Positions 1-11,416 of a DNA stretch of 64,000 bases are shown in pieces. The stretch lies in NCBI GenBank assembly GCA_964106915.2, contig OZ066914.1; one strand, written 5' to 3'. Position numbers and translations under genes: made by a program. Numbering within the stretch: the stretch's first letter is position 1; each line of letters opens with the position of its first letter. Origin of the DNA: Podarcis gaigeae (Eukaryota). The notes below the pieces were generated by a model. It worked only from the letters and a program-made list of their open reading frames with translations, had not been told where the DNA came from and searched no databases.

Positions 1-354
1 ATGTCTTTTATTGCCTTCCATGGCCTAACATAGTAATTGAAATAATAAAAAAGCCAAAGTCAATGCTCTAACATCTGATCATTTGCGTGGATCTTATGCA
101 GAGCGTGTTTGCTCAACAAGCACTTGGTACAATAAGGCCATGCAGAAAATGAACGATGTAATCCATTTATACCCTGCATACAACTTTATGTTCTTGCTGG
201 AATAACACTATAAATCATTCAGATGTTTTTGAGTCTTCTTTGGCATTTCGGCACATACCACTAGACAGCAGGGTTGAAATAACATACAAAACAAAACTCA
301 AGAAAGAGAGTAGTTGAACTCCTCGTAGAGCTAAAAGAGAATCATTTAGAGAAG

Positions 355-456
355 GGCCTGGGGAGACCCTGTCTGAAACCCTGAGGAGTCACTGCCTTTC
401 AGTACGGAGATAGATGATCCAGTGGTTTGATTCAATGTTAGATGATTCTTATGTCA
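355..456 (+). mobile_element. Degenerate 3' part of an old tRNA-derived SINE
   Basis: ctgtctgaaaccctgaggagtcactgcc...tagatgatccagtggtttgattc resembles the reverse complement of the tails at 23745-23918 and 62341-62528. Confidence 0.45.
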
Positions 457-2057
457 TGAAACAGGAAAATGCTGTCTTGACCTATGTGAAGCAGTATATT
501 TTAAACCAATCAGAAAGCACTATACTGGAAAAGATGATTTAGTAGACCTGGCCAATGTGATTCTGTATGAAAGCAACCACCAACAATGACAATATGGGAT
601 AATGAATGGAATGGTAATGGTGGTGGTGTAGAATGTCAAGCATAATGGAAAGCACACCATGTAAAACCTACATGCAAACAACAGCGTAAACTGAAGCCAC
701 ATGGTTTTCTTTTTAAAAAAAAATAATTATTGAGTAGTCAGGCACTTAAAAGTGTGGCTGTAGTCATGGTGCCATTTTTAATATGAGGTTTACACATACG
801 TTAAAAATAAGGATTTCAGATGATAAAAAAATTCAGGAAGAAATATTGCTGAGTTGGTAACAGAAATGAGATACTGCTGAGTTGGAATGTCAATCAAAGT
901 GAAAAAAAGAAAAAAGAAAACCACCCCTGGCTTCAAAAGTCACATGCATTCAGGAAGACCTGTGCACTCAAACTGACAGCTTATATGATACGTTAACATT
1001 TTCTCAGCATATGAAGAGACAGCTTTATACTGTCACTAAACAAAAAAGGGCAATTGACAGATTTTCATATGCTTTCGTGCTTTGTTGTTATACAGATGGG
1101 TTGAATATACTTTTCCATCCAGCGTGAACTTGAAGGGGAAATGCTGTTTCTAAGATGGGACTTTTTATCTGTTGTTTTATAAGCACTTGTATTCAAAGTA
1201 GCCTTTTAAGTATTAAAATTATTCATCTAACTCATTAAAGCTTGCAGTTAAGAGCAGCAATCAGTTGTGATAAAAGAACAGACTACCCCAAAGGTTCTGG
1301 AAGGACCTGATGCCTAAAGACCACCAAGAACACCCCTACTGCGTACACACTACAGCTTGTTTCTATCAGAGAGAAAGCTTTTTCCCATGCTTCCAATAAA
1401 TGGACATGGGTTTCTGAGGAGGATTTTAACATGTATAACCTCAGACCATTTAAGGTTTAAAAATGGTCAAACTAAATGGAAAACAGTGAAGTAACTGCAG
1501 TTTTGACATTGTATGTGTCCCACGCAGGCTGCACTGGTTAATACTGAAGCCACTACAACTAAACTAGCTGAAATTTCCAGACAGTAGAACTTCTCCACAT
1601 ACAGCCCAAATTACTGTAATTGGCTGTGTAAGTATCTTTGTGAAGGCTAACATGACCTGGAATGTCTGTGGTTCTTGTGAAATAATCTCCCTTCCGAACT
1701 GAGGCAAGCACCCACATTAATGCATTTTTCTGCACTCGCAGGAATCACATTTATTCTTGGAGGCCTTTTGCCGGCCATTAATAGCAGCTGGATCCTTTTT
1801 AACTACTTGCTATTGAATTGACGTAGCAGCTGCTGTTTTGTTCTGAATTTTGGGATCTCATTGTGTTTTCATATATTGTTATTATGCGCAAAAGGCAGCA
1901 TATATATGATGCAATAAATGGCAAAACAAATAACAATATTTTAAACAAATAAAGAGCAGCCTCACAAAGAATTCATGGCAGTAGACTGTGTGGGATGTAG
2001 GTTGGGCATGAATCACCATTACTATGTTATTCCTCTTTGTAAAGATGCACATGGTGT

Positions 2058-2330
2058 CAGGGCCAGTCCAAGACATTTTACTGCCCAAAGCAAAGGGCAA
2101 TATGCTCTTCCTACACACACATACAGAAGGTAACTAGACTGGTGGCAGAATATTGTTTCAGCACTGGCAACAGGATAGCACACCTGAGGACAACAGGTTC
2201 AAGTAAGAGAATGCAGAGCAAGCTGTGTGGCGCACGTATGTACACACACATAGTACACACACACTTCTTTCTCCATGCAACTGCTGCCTGGGGCAGTTAT
2301 CTCACTTAAACTAATGGCAGCTTATTCCTG
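2058..2330. mobile_element. Degenerate hAT-type non-autonomous element
   Basis: Starts CAGGGCCAGTCC and ends ...ctgctgcctggggcagttatctcac...CCTG, resembling common lizard hAT MITE ends. No clear TSD. Confidence 0.4.
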
Positions 2331-2702
2331 GCCAGTGAACTAATTTGAAGCTGGTCCTTTCACCTTTACATGCAGGAATGTACATAGGACACACAACATG
2401 CACAAGTTTAGGTTTGCTTCTCAAGGTATTTTCCATCTACATTAAAGATTGCATTTATTAATCAAGAAAATGAGTAAGTTCAGGACCATTCTTTTACCTT
2501 TTCCATACTCCAGATTTATGTTGCAAGTGTGCATCTAATTAGTTTGTGTAAATCCCATTCTCGCAGATTTAAATTAGGTTCAGGAAGAGAGTTCTGTTAA
2601 GGATTGCAGACTTACAGCCTGGGTCCTGATGACAGCTTCTTGGAGACAATTCTTACTTTCATATTTGAACTTTCATTTGAGTAGACAAGTACAGGATTCA
2701 AG

Positions 2703-2812
2703 GTTGTATCCAATGTTAGTTCAACTTGGAGTAGACCCATTGAAATTAATGGATATGGCACAGGTTCATTTGTTTCATTTGGGTCTCTGAGAATAATTTA
2801 GTTTGATACAAC
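2703..2812. repeat. Old imperfect palindromic (MITE-like) element
   Basis: Arms ttgtatccaa...gagtagacccattgaaattaatgga and ttcatttgtttcatttgggtctctgag...ttgatacaa are approximate reverse complements. Confidence 0.55.
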
Positions 2813-2880
2813 TTCAAACTTTTACTGTTTTCATATGTGCATGACCATTTTTAAAAATAAGCCAAAAATTAATAGCATAC

Positions 2881-3014
2881 CTGGAAAACTGCTGCTGCAG
2901 TCCTCTCATTTGAACCCTGTTGCGCTCAGATTCCAGTGTCACTTCTCGTAATTTTTTTTCACTTTCAAGTCTCAAATGTCGCTCTTCCTCCAACTCATGT
3001 ATCAGCTTCTCGCG
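2881..3014 (-). CDS. NCKAP5: Internal coding exon (134 bp) of NCK-associated protein 5, N-terminal coiled-coil region
   Basis: Translates REKLIHELEEERHLRLESEKKLREVTLESERNRVQMRGLQQQFS(R), matching the remembered human NCKAP5 segment HEKLIHELEEERHLRLQSEKRLQEVTLESERNRIQMRSLQQQFSR. Minus-strand acceptor is a poly-T tract + taAG|CGC at 3015/3014; donor is AG|GTATGC at 2881/2880. Phase 0 start, phase 2 end. Confidence 0.95.
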
Positions 3015-4494
3015 CTTAAAAAAAAACCCAGGAGAACAAAACTGTTCAACAGTGCTTTCAAATTTCAACAGTACTTTCACAATGCAAAAAAAGATTATGC
3101 CCCACTCCCATTTCTACATTCCAGTCCACCAGGTTTTGGTAATGCCTATTAAGTCATATTTGCCACCCTATATTAAAAGCTCACGTTTTTCTTGTTTGTT
3201 CTCCATACTCTGTACATCAGTATAGAGACAACTAAAACCCTGAGCTGCTTCCTTCTTGTAGTTTCTTGCCCTTTAGCAGGTTTCTGGAGCATCACCTCAG
3301 TTGGAGCATCAATTAAGCTATTATCCCTGGTACAAGGTGTTCCCCTGGAGGGCTTTAAAAGATTAGACAAAATCATGGGGAATACAGTTATCAAAAGCTA
3401 CTATCCATGATGTCTGTTCTCCCTTCTCTGTCAATGGCAATGTGCATCTGAATACTAATTGCATTCGAGCCCCACTTGCCAGCTCCCCATATGCATCTTG
3501 TTGCTCACTGTGGGAATAGGATTCTGGACTATGTGGGCTTTCATCCTGATCCAGCAGAACTCTTCTTACATACATAATGTAGTGGCATCAATGAGTCCTA
3601 CACATAGCTTGTCAAAAGTTCAGCTACAAAATTATAATGAAAAAGTTAGAAATTCAGGGGAATGCTGGGGAGGGGGGGATCACACCAGGCATTCTATTTA
3701 TGTGTGCATGCTTATTCAAAAACAATTGTAAACACAATGTTGTCCAATTTGTAGCCTACCAAAGGATTCGATGTATGCCTGATGGTGCTGACCTAAATTT
3801 TATGACATGCTTAGAAAAATGTATCACCAAATTACAGACATGGTTTCATTAGAGAATAATAAAGCTTTCTTGGTGTTAAGCCATTATTAGTGTAAGTCTT
3901 ACAGCTCTACATCTTATTATATGATAAATTTAAAATAGTAGTAAGGAAGAAACCAAAAATACATGCATCACAAGTCAGAAAAACTGATCTTAAAAACATA
4001 TCATAAAGGTAAATAAACAGACGACACACCAGGAGTATATAAGGGATTAAATGAAATATGTAAGATATTTTACTTCTGGTAAAATATGGGGAATTACACA
4101 GATAGCAGAGAACTTCTGTCTAGCTAGCCACACATAAAAGCTTGGAAGTGAGGGTTTTTAAATGGGAAAACACAGTTCCATAAAATAAATTTAGTGTTCT
4201 AATTAAATTGGCCAATTAATATTTATTCTTACTACCCCATAACACAATCCTGCAAGATACTAAGAATGTTACTTACAGAGAGCTTTGAGTAAGTATAAAA
4301 ATGTTCAGCATCTCCCACTGCCATAATCTTGCAAAACCACAAGCCCCCCCCTCCCCCCTCCCGCAAATACTGAAGTTCATCAACTGTAGCTAGGCTGGGG
4401 CTACACATTATTAAAGGGGCAGACATGCATTTCATAAATCCATAACTGCTGGTTATGGAGTCTGGATTGTGGTCTGAAAGGATGTGAAGCTACC

Positions 4495-4628
4495 AGCTTC
4501 CTGAAAATAAACAAGTCTAGGTCTGGTCGGTGCCTTGATTGGTGACTGCATGAAAACATGTATACCACCTTGGAAGAATGTAAACCATGATGGAAGAAAG
4601 GCGGGATATAAATCCAAAAAAATAAATA
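4495..4628 (+). mobile_element. Probable 5S rRNA-derived SINE remnant with L2-type tail
   Basis: 4503-4556 aligns without gaps at 34/54 nt to the 3' half of vertebrate 5S rRNA (from memory). Ends aaaggcgggatataaatccaaa followed by an A-rich tail. Confidence 0.5.
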
Positions 4629-4782
4629 TATGGAACATGTAGGGGGCTTTTACAGGATAGAATTTGTCACTGGAAGAGGAGACTTTGAAACCTTTCCCTG
4701 CCCACCAATAAATTATACATAATTCCAATAAATTCCTGGTGGTTTTGATACATAGCTTTTATTTTGATCCTGCAACAGGTGG

Positions 4783-4790
4783 TAATAATA

Positions 4791-4843
<53 letters not shown>

Positions 4844-5184
4844 TTATTACTTATACCCCACCCATCTGCCTGGGTCTTCTCAGCCACTCTGGGTGGCTTC
4901 CAACAAAATATTAAAATACAGTAGTCTATTAAACATTAAAAGCTTCCCTAAACAGGGCTGCCTTCAGATGTCTTCTAAAAGTTGTTTTTCTCTTTGACAT
5001 CTGGTGGGAGGGCGTTCCACGGGATGGGTGCAACTTCCGAGAAGGCCTTCTGCCTGGTTCCCTGTAATTTGGCTTCTCGCAGCAAGGGAGCTGCCAGAAG
5101 GCCCTCGGTGCTGGACCTCAGTGTCCGGGCAGAACAATGAGGGTAGAGACGCTCCTTCAGGTATACTGGACCAAGGCCTGTATA
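4783..5184 (-). mobile_element. 5'-truncated L2-clade LINE 3' end with microsatellite tail ((TAA)n at 4783-4843 on the + strand)
   Basis: Minus-strand peptide LGPVYLKERL...RTLRSS...QKAFSEVAPIPWNALP is the typical L2 ORF2 C-terminus. A close sister copy lies at 57549-57894. Confidence 0.85.
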
Positions 5185-5737
5185 ACTTGCAGGCACTGTG
5201 TCTCCAGCTTTGTTTGCTCTCTCCTTCCTCTCTCCTAACCAATAATAAATGAGATAAAGCCCTCACACAAACCAGCAAACTCTTTCATCTTCACCAGTAT
5301 TCTTTCTAGAGCTCAGCTAATTATGCAGAGCCCTGCTAATAATCCAGGAGGAAACCCCTAAGGCTAGACAGTCAAAGATCCAGCAGCAAAGTAAACAAAG
5401 AACTGGAAAGCAATTCTTTATTTCCTCACCCCACCAGTGAAAAAATGAGGGGGAAGAGTTTTTATTTTAATTTTCTTGTGGTGTTCATGTTGTTGGTTCC
5501 CCCTAAATAGCTTTCCTCCATATTAAAAATGAAGGTTTTTAAAATTTATTTAAAGGAGACTATATTTTTCCTTGCTTGCCCTCCCTCCTTCCCTTTGATA
5601 AAAAGGGAGAGATTGGTGTGGTGAGGGCTTGGGGGGGGCACTTCTGAGGGGGTGAATGGAGTGGAGAAGATTTAGCCTTATGCTGAAATTGGAGGTTGAG
5701 TACTATGTGAGAATAATGGGGAAGGTGTTTCTAGGTA

Positions 5738-5851
5738 AGCTGTGCAAGCAAATGCTCACAAGCAAGCCCTACTGAATTCAATGAAGCTTACTCCCAGGAA
5801 AGTAGAAGTTTAGTTGAACTCAGTGGGGTTTATGCATACACAGATTGCACT
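5738..5851. repeat. Old ~80-bp hairpin MITE-like family, partly duplicated
   Basis: agcaagccctactgaattcaatgaagcttactcccagg core, shared with copies near 16600, 21055, 31849, 36065, 40033 and 49950. Confidence 0.55.
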
Positions 5852-6104
5852 TAGACCTCTGAGTGGGGAAGCAGATGCAACTTGACTAGTAAATCACTTA
5901 TCAACGACACTTAAATTAGTTGAAAATATATTATATGGAAGTTTATTTAATATTTTTATTAAATCTACTACTTGCTTACATGTTAAGGCCCTCTACCATC
6001 ACAGGCAGCCTCGTCAAGGCCCTTGGCTGCTGTGGGGAAATGCGGCACACTCTCTGCCGCTGCAAGGAGGTACGATCGGACCCTCTGCCACCGCAGGGAG
6101 GCCC

Positions 6105-6289
6105 NNNNNNNNNNNNNNNNNNNNNNNNNNNNNNNNNNNNNNNNNNNNNNNNNNNNNNNNNNNNNNNNNNNNNNNNNNNNNNNNNNNNNNNNNNNNNNNN
6201 NNNNNNNNNNNNNNNNNNNNNNNNNNNNNNNNNNNNNNNNNNNNNNNNNNNNNNNNNNNNNNNNNNNNNNNNNNNNNNNNNNNNNNNNN
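6105..6289. other. Assembly gap (N run)
   Basis: 185 consecutive n. Confidence 1.
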
Positions 6290-6323
6290 AGCTTGTGACA
6301 TATTGTGATGTTGAAACCAGATA

Positions 6324-6563
6324 CAGTGGTACCTTGGGTTAAGAACTTAATTTGTTCCGGAGGTCTGTTCTTAGTCTGAAACTGTTCTTAACCTGAAGCA
6401 CCACTTTAGCTAACGGGGGCTTTCTGTTGCCGCCGCGCGGCTGTGCGATTTATGTTCTCATCCCTAAGCAAAGTTTTTAACCCGAGGTACTATTTCTGGG
6501 TTAGCGGAGTCTGTAACCTGAAGCGTCTGTAACCTGAAGCTTCTGTAACCTGAGGTACCACTG
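6324..6563 (+). mobile_element. Tc1/mariner (pogo/Tigger-like) MITE, copy 1
   Basis: TIRs CAGTGGTACCT/AGGTACCACTG, TA on both sides, repeated subterminal TGTAACCTGAAGC. Confidence 0.9.
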
Positions 6564-7403
6564 TATTGCCCAGCCCTACTAGATGGGAACTATTTCGCCT
6601 CTCTTAGATGGGAACAGAGAGCAATAAGCAACTCCGGACTCCTTCCAAATATGACTAAGCCCAGTGCCACCTAGTGACCAAATTATTTAATGACACTATA
6701 CTACGCACGCAGTGCCACACCAGTGTCTTTCACAGTAATATATATTTGGGATTGTACCTTTTAGTATACAATTTAAATTACTCAGAGCACAGACAGCCCT
6801 TTGTCTGCTCCTCATCGACTGCTGCTAAACTAAATGTTTCTCATCCTGCAATCAATACTTCTTTACGAAAATAAACTTAGGCATTGACAAACAACTCTGC
6901 AGCATATTGCAGCTTTCTTGACTGTAGGCTTCAACAGCATGAACAACTATCACCCCGAAGTCTGAGGAGGGCGGGAGAGTGAGTGAGGGGGAGAGAGAGT
7001 AATGCGCATTGGGTTTTCTGCTCATTTCAGTATTTACAAGCTGCTTACAGTAGAATCATTCTATTACATTAGACAAGTAGCAATTCTTCAATTCCCTTAG
7101 ATTAGTTAGTTAGTATGCCTTGGTTTCTCATTACCATTCCAAAATGGGCTGCTAAAGCTGACAGCTATCTTTTGCAGTTTTTTCCCCTTCCAGTTGCGCT
7201 TGTTATAGATTAAATTTAAGTAGCGTGAAGTAACACAAAATAGACTGTAATAACTTTGTGGCGATGGACTGAGAAAGGCCTTTCTTTTTAAACATTCTAT
7301 AGTTGCTGTATGCACTTTAAGGAGAGGGGGAGGGGAATGAAAAGATAAGAGAATTATCTGCAGGATAGGATCTAAAAACTGTCCACTTTAGCGATTTTAA
7401 ATA

Positions 7404-7406
<3 letters not shown>

Positions 7407-7439
<33 letters not shown>
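7407..7439. repeat. (CT)n microsatellite
   Basis: Seen directly. Confidence 0.95.
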
Positions 7440-7442
<3 letters not shown>

Positions 7443-8896
7443 CTTCAGTTGACCTATTTAAATGTTCAAGACAAATGCATGTGGGTTTAATATGTCCATT
7501 TCAGAATTCCCTGTATTGAGTGGAAAGTCTGAATGGGAATTCTAAGCAGGTTTAGGTGAATACACTTTTAATTCCTCTTTAAATCTTTGTGCTGAATGCA
7601 GAGAGGTCTGAAGGGGAGCTGCATGCATGTGGGCGGACCCTCTCCATTTTGAATCACACAAGCAGTCTCACCTCAAACACCTGAAAAGGATAAAAAGCTT
7701 TAGAATGAACAAACTATGGTTTAAACAAAGGCCTTACAGAAATCTGAAACCCAAATCTGAGTAGTTGGTTTAGTTCTACGGAAAATCCAACCCTACTGCC
7801 ATGGTTTCTTGGCCGTTGATTCCCTGCTAGGGTTGCCAGGCTACAATGCTGTACAGTGGGAGACTTAGGTTTTCAGACCAGAGGTGGGCAACTTCAAACC
7901 TAGAAGCTGAATGTGACTCCAGGCTTCCCTATCTAGTCCTCAGGCCACGAATCCTCTTCAGGCCTATTTCTACAGCTTGGATGGAGAGATGTGTGTAATA
8001 ACCTCCACCCTTTATGTCACTTGAATATGATACTGTACATAGTTTGGGTAAGAGCTGCATCTGTTGCTCCATGTGCTTTTGCCTCTGGTCCTACTCCAAG
8101 TGGCATGATGCCTCCAGAAGCTTGTTCATAAGGGATGCTACCCTGTGTTCCTTTGGCTTTCTCCTGTCAATATTGTGCAGACCTTCATGTCTCCAGACCT
8201 TATGCAAGGGATTGGCCTATCTTATTCTATCTGTAGCCCTTTCTTCCTTCAACTCCATGTTTTTACCACTCACTCAGCCACAACTACTTCAACCAGCCAG
8301 CCTCCACAGCACCTCATTCCACCCACCCCCTCTCTGTAGCCCCCTTCCTTCGCTTTTCTTGCCCCTTAGTCTTCTTAATTACTGGGCTACGTTCCCAGTC
8401 TTCACCACCCCCTTTGCAAACTGCTTATCCTAGCTGAACAGATGACCTTCCTATCCCTCAAAGAAACTGATGTGAAGCATGCTTTGTTCTTTAAGCAACC
8501 AAACATTCCTAGTCATTGCACTGGTAGTGGCAATATAATATAGATTTCTGTTTAATGTTCCCTTCAACTAAGGACCAGTTATTTTCCAATTTGTAAATCA
8601 GGGCAGCTTTATGTTTTCTGTTTCCATTCTAAGTAACTCCTAAATTAACAGTTCTTGTCACTAGAACAGAAATCCATTCAGCAGCTGGCAATTACAAATT
8701 CTGTGTGCTTTATTTGCATTTGTCTATTAAGATGACTAAGAAAGGAACTGTAAGATTTTCAGTGATTCTGGTGGGATGCTTTATGGACAGTAGATTTCAT
8801 GATTCGCATTCTTAGTCAATGGTGTTATTGGTGATGTAGTTCTTCTAAAGAAATGTTTGTGAATTAAAGTAGTTTCCTTGATGCCAGCACTCGCTA

Positions 8897-8929
8897 TGCA
8901 GTAGCTCAAAATTGCCACCAAGTGGCAGG
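8897..8929 (+). promoter_or_regulatory. Candidate bipartite CTCF site (upstream module + core)
   Basis: TGCAGTAGC-N6-TTGCCACCAAGTGGCAG matches TGCAGTNCC-N5/6-TGGCCACCAGGTGGC with few mismatches. Confidence 0.45.
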
Positions 8930-11163
8930 ACAGTGACTTTATTCAATTCCAATTTGGCTTTATTTATCTGGCACTGTGAACAGCTTTAATTGCATCTGTG
9001 CCACAGAGTAACTGTTGTTAAGAAGCTCTTTTTTCATTCTAAGTATAAAATTAATCTGTATTTAGAAATTTAGAATGCTATTACATGTGAAGTTACTGTA
9101 TATGCAAAAAGGCAAAAACAACATAAAGTAGCAATAGGCATTTAAGCTTTGCTCCTGCTCTCTCCAGCTGTGCAACCCTGGCAGGACTTGGAAAATAAAA
9201 AGGTATCACTGCCAAATAGCTGTTTAATTATGTGAAACAAGCAACCAGGGCCAATAAAACTAGAGCCACTACTAAAACTGCTTGTCATCTTCCACAGACT
9301 AATAAACAAATCCTACTAGGTAGATGGCCTTTTACAGTCTTACTTGGAGACTCTAGGTCTCTAGACATCAAAGCACTAATATGTATATAATTCACTATGG
9401 CACTATAACTGTTTCGAGCCATATCAGATTCAGAAATGACACCTGCATCAGTGGTACCCATCTTTTCTCTTGCTGACTTTTCAGATCAAGCTATTTATGG
9501 TATTTCCAATGGCACATGAAGGGATGTGATAAATGTATTTAACAAGGCTTTTTCCTATAATGAAATCTTTACTGTTTATTCAAATTTGAAGCTCAGAGCC
9601 AAGTTTGAGTTCTTGAAACTGATATTAAGCTCCTAGCCTAATTAATTTTTTTACTCAAAGGTATATTTCCCTGCCTTGATGTATATGCACCACAAAGAAG
9701 TAAGAAAAGAAGAGAATGTCATTTCAATGAACAAGAAAGCTCACATACTCATATCATTTAATTTTTTATCTTAAAACCATAAAGCTACTCAAAAATGAAT
9801 TTGCAAATGTAATTGAGCTTCTAATAGCTTCTAGAGGCAGTAATTAAAGAAATCTCATTTCCCTAAATTAAACATAATGAAATGTTTTTTGAGATCAAAT
9901 AAAAACTGGAAATGATATTAGACCAGGAATAATTTATACAAAAATCTAATGTTCACAAGTGTGAAAGATAAGGTTAAATCAATAGCAAAATAAATAATAG
10001 TTATAATATGTAATCTCTGTCTTGATCCAGTTACAATATGTTTCTCTGCTAGTAGATAAATACTAAGTATTGCAGTTTTTGAACTAATATATTTTTGTAA
10101 TGACTTACTGGTATGTTAGTGATATACTCAATGCAGACCACTCATCCTTCATAAAAAGTCAAACGCAGAAGTGTATACACAATATGGTGTGGATCCACCA
10201 AGGATTTACTACTTAATGGGCTTCTCAAGCTTCTGTTTAGATCAACAGCCTGAGTATAAGACAAAAGGAGACACAACTCTGTTCCATTCTCCTTGACTCA
10301 TCCCTATGCTTTTATTTGTCTAATCACTCACCATTTTTCACTCTGCATTGTGGCCACTTCCACCATACTGTTCACTACTTAATGCCAATGACACCGTTTT
10401 TTATGAAACTCAGTGGACATCATACAGAACCATTAACTCCTTCCTGTGGCACTTTTCATGACACTTTGCATTCATGATATTTCCATGTTGCATTGAAAGG
10501 AGTTTGCATGAAAGACCAGTGGTGTAAAAGGGAAGCACAGTCCTTCAACTCTCACTGTGCCTCCCATATTTTCTCATGTCATCTTTCTCCTTTATGCTTC
10601 CTAACAAGGATTTTTCAGGTTGACAATTGGAATTAACGCAGCAAGTAAGTCCTACATATTAGGTAAGGCTACATTACAGGTTGAAGCATGTAATAAACTC
10701 TGACAACACATCTCCTAATGACAATGTAATCTGGAGTGGAAAAGTGGCAGGCCTTGAACTTTTCCTTGCCTTCCATTTTTTAGATGGAAACTTCCTCAAG
10801 CTGCTCCTCCCATATGGCCAGATGCATGCAATACTGGAAAGAAAAACAGGGATGTGTAGAATTCCCGTAGTGATGGAAGAGGGGAGGGAATGATTTCCAC
10901 TCCTAGATAACCAGCTGAGCAGAGATATCTCATATACACTACCTTATCCAACCATGTACACAATACATGGGCCTATTAAGTTCTCCCCCAACAATACTGC
11001 CACACCAGTTGTGACTGGCTGAGCTGGGTCTTAAAGGCTTAGTGTACCCAAGCAGCATAAACCATAAGTTGGTTTGGATTTGAAGTTTGCTCACTATGTA
11101 TTTAAATAACATTATCAATTAGCATTTTTGTTTAGAGCAATACACACAGGTATGTGTATAACT

Positions 11164-11416
11164 CATGGGTAGGCAACCTAAGGCCTGTGGGCTGGATGCG
11201 GCCCAATCGCCTTCTCAATCCGGCCCATGGATGGTCTGTGAATCAGCGTGTTTTTACATGAGTAGAATGTGTCCTTTTATTTAAAATGCATCTCTGGGTT
11301 ATTTGTGGGGCATAGGAATTCGTTTATCCCCCCCCCAAAAAAAATATAGTCCAGCCCACCACATGGTCTGAGGGACGGTGGACTGGTGCGTGGCTGAAAA
11401 AGGTTGCTAACCCCTG
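11164..11416 (+). mobile_element. hAT/Charlie MITE with an OposCharlie1 (OC1)-like 3' half
   Basis: Ends CATGGGTAGGCAACC / GGTTGCTAACCCCTG; decayed 8-bp TSD gtataact/ctatagct. The 3' part ataggaattcgtt...tatagtccagccc...ggtctgagggacggtggactgg resembles the remembered OC1 terminus. Confidence 0.8.

Noticed and set aside
2814-3080. 88-aa ORF as a standalone gene
   Set aside because: Only 2881-3014 matches NCKAP5 and has splice signals; the flanking codons are intron read-through.
4739-4997. Poly-N and poly-I ORFs (also poly-Y/L near 57843 and VC repeats)
   Set aside because: Translations of microsatellites.
5920-6342. ORFs spanning N runs (also 43151-43541)
   Set aside because: Artefacts of assembly gaps.
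6324-6563. Short repeated units (TGTAACCTGAAGC) as a CRISPR-like array
   Set aside because: They are subterminal repeats of a TA-flanked MITE, with no unique spacers, in a eukaryotic context.
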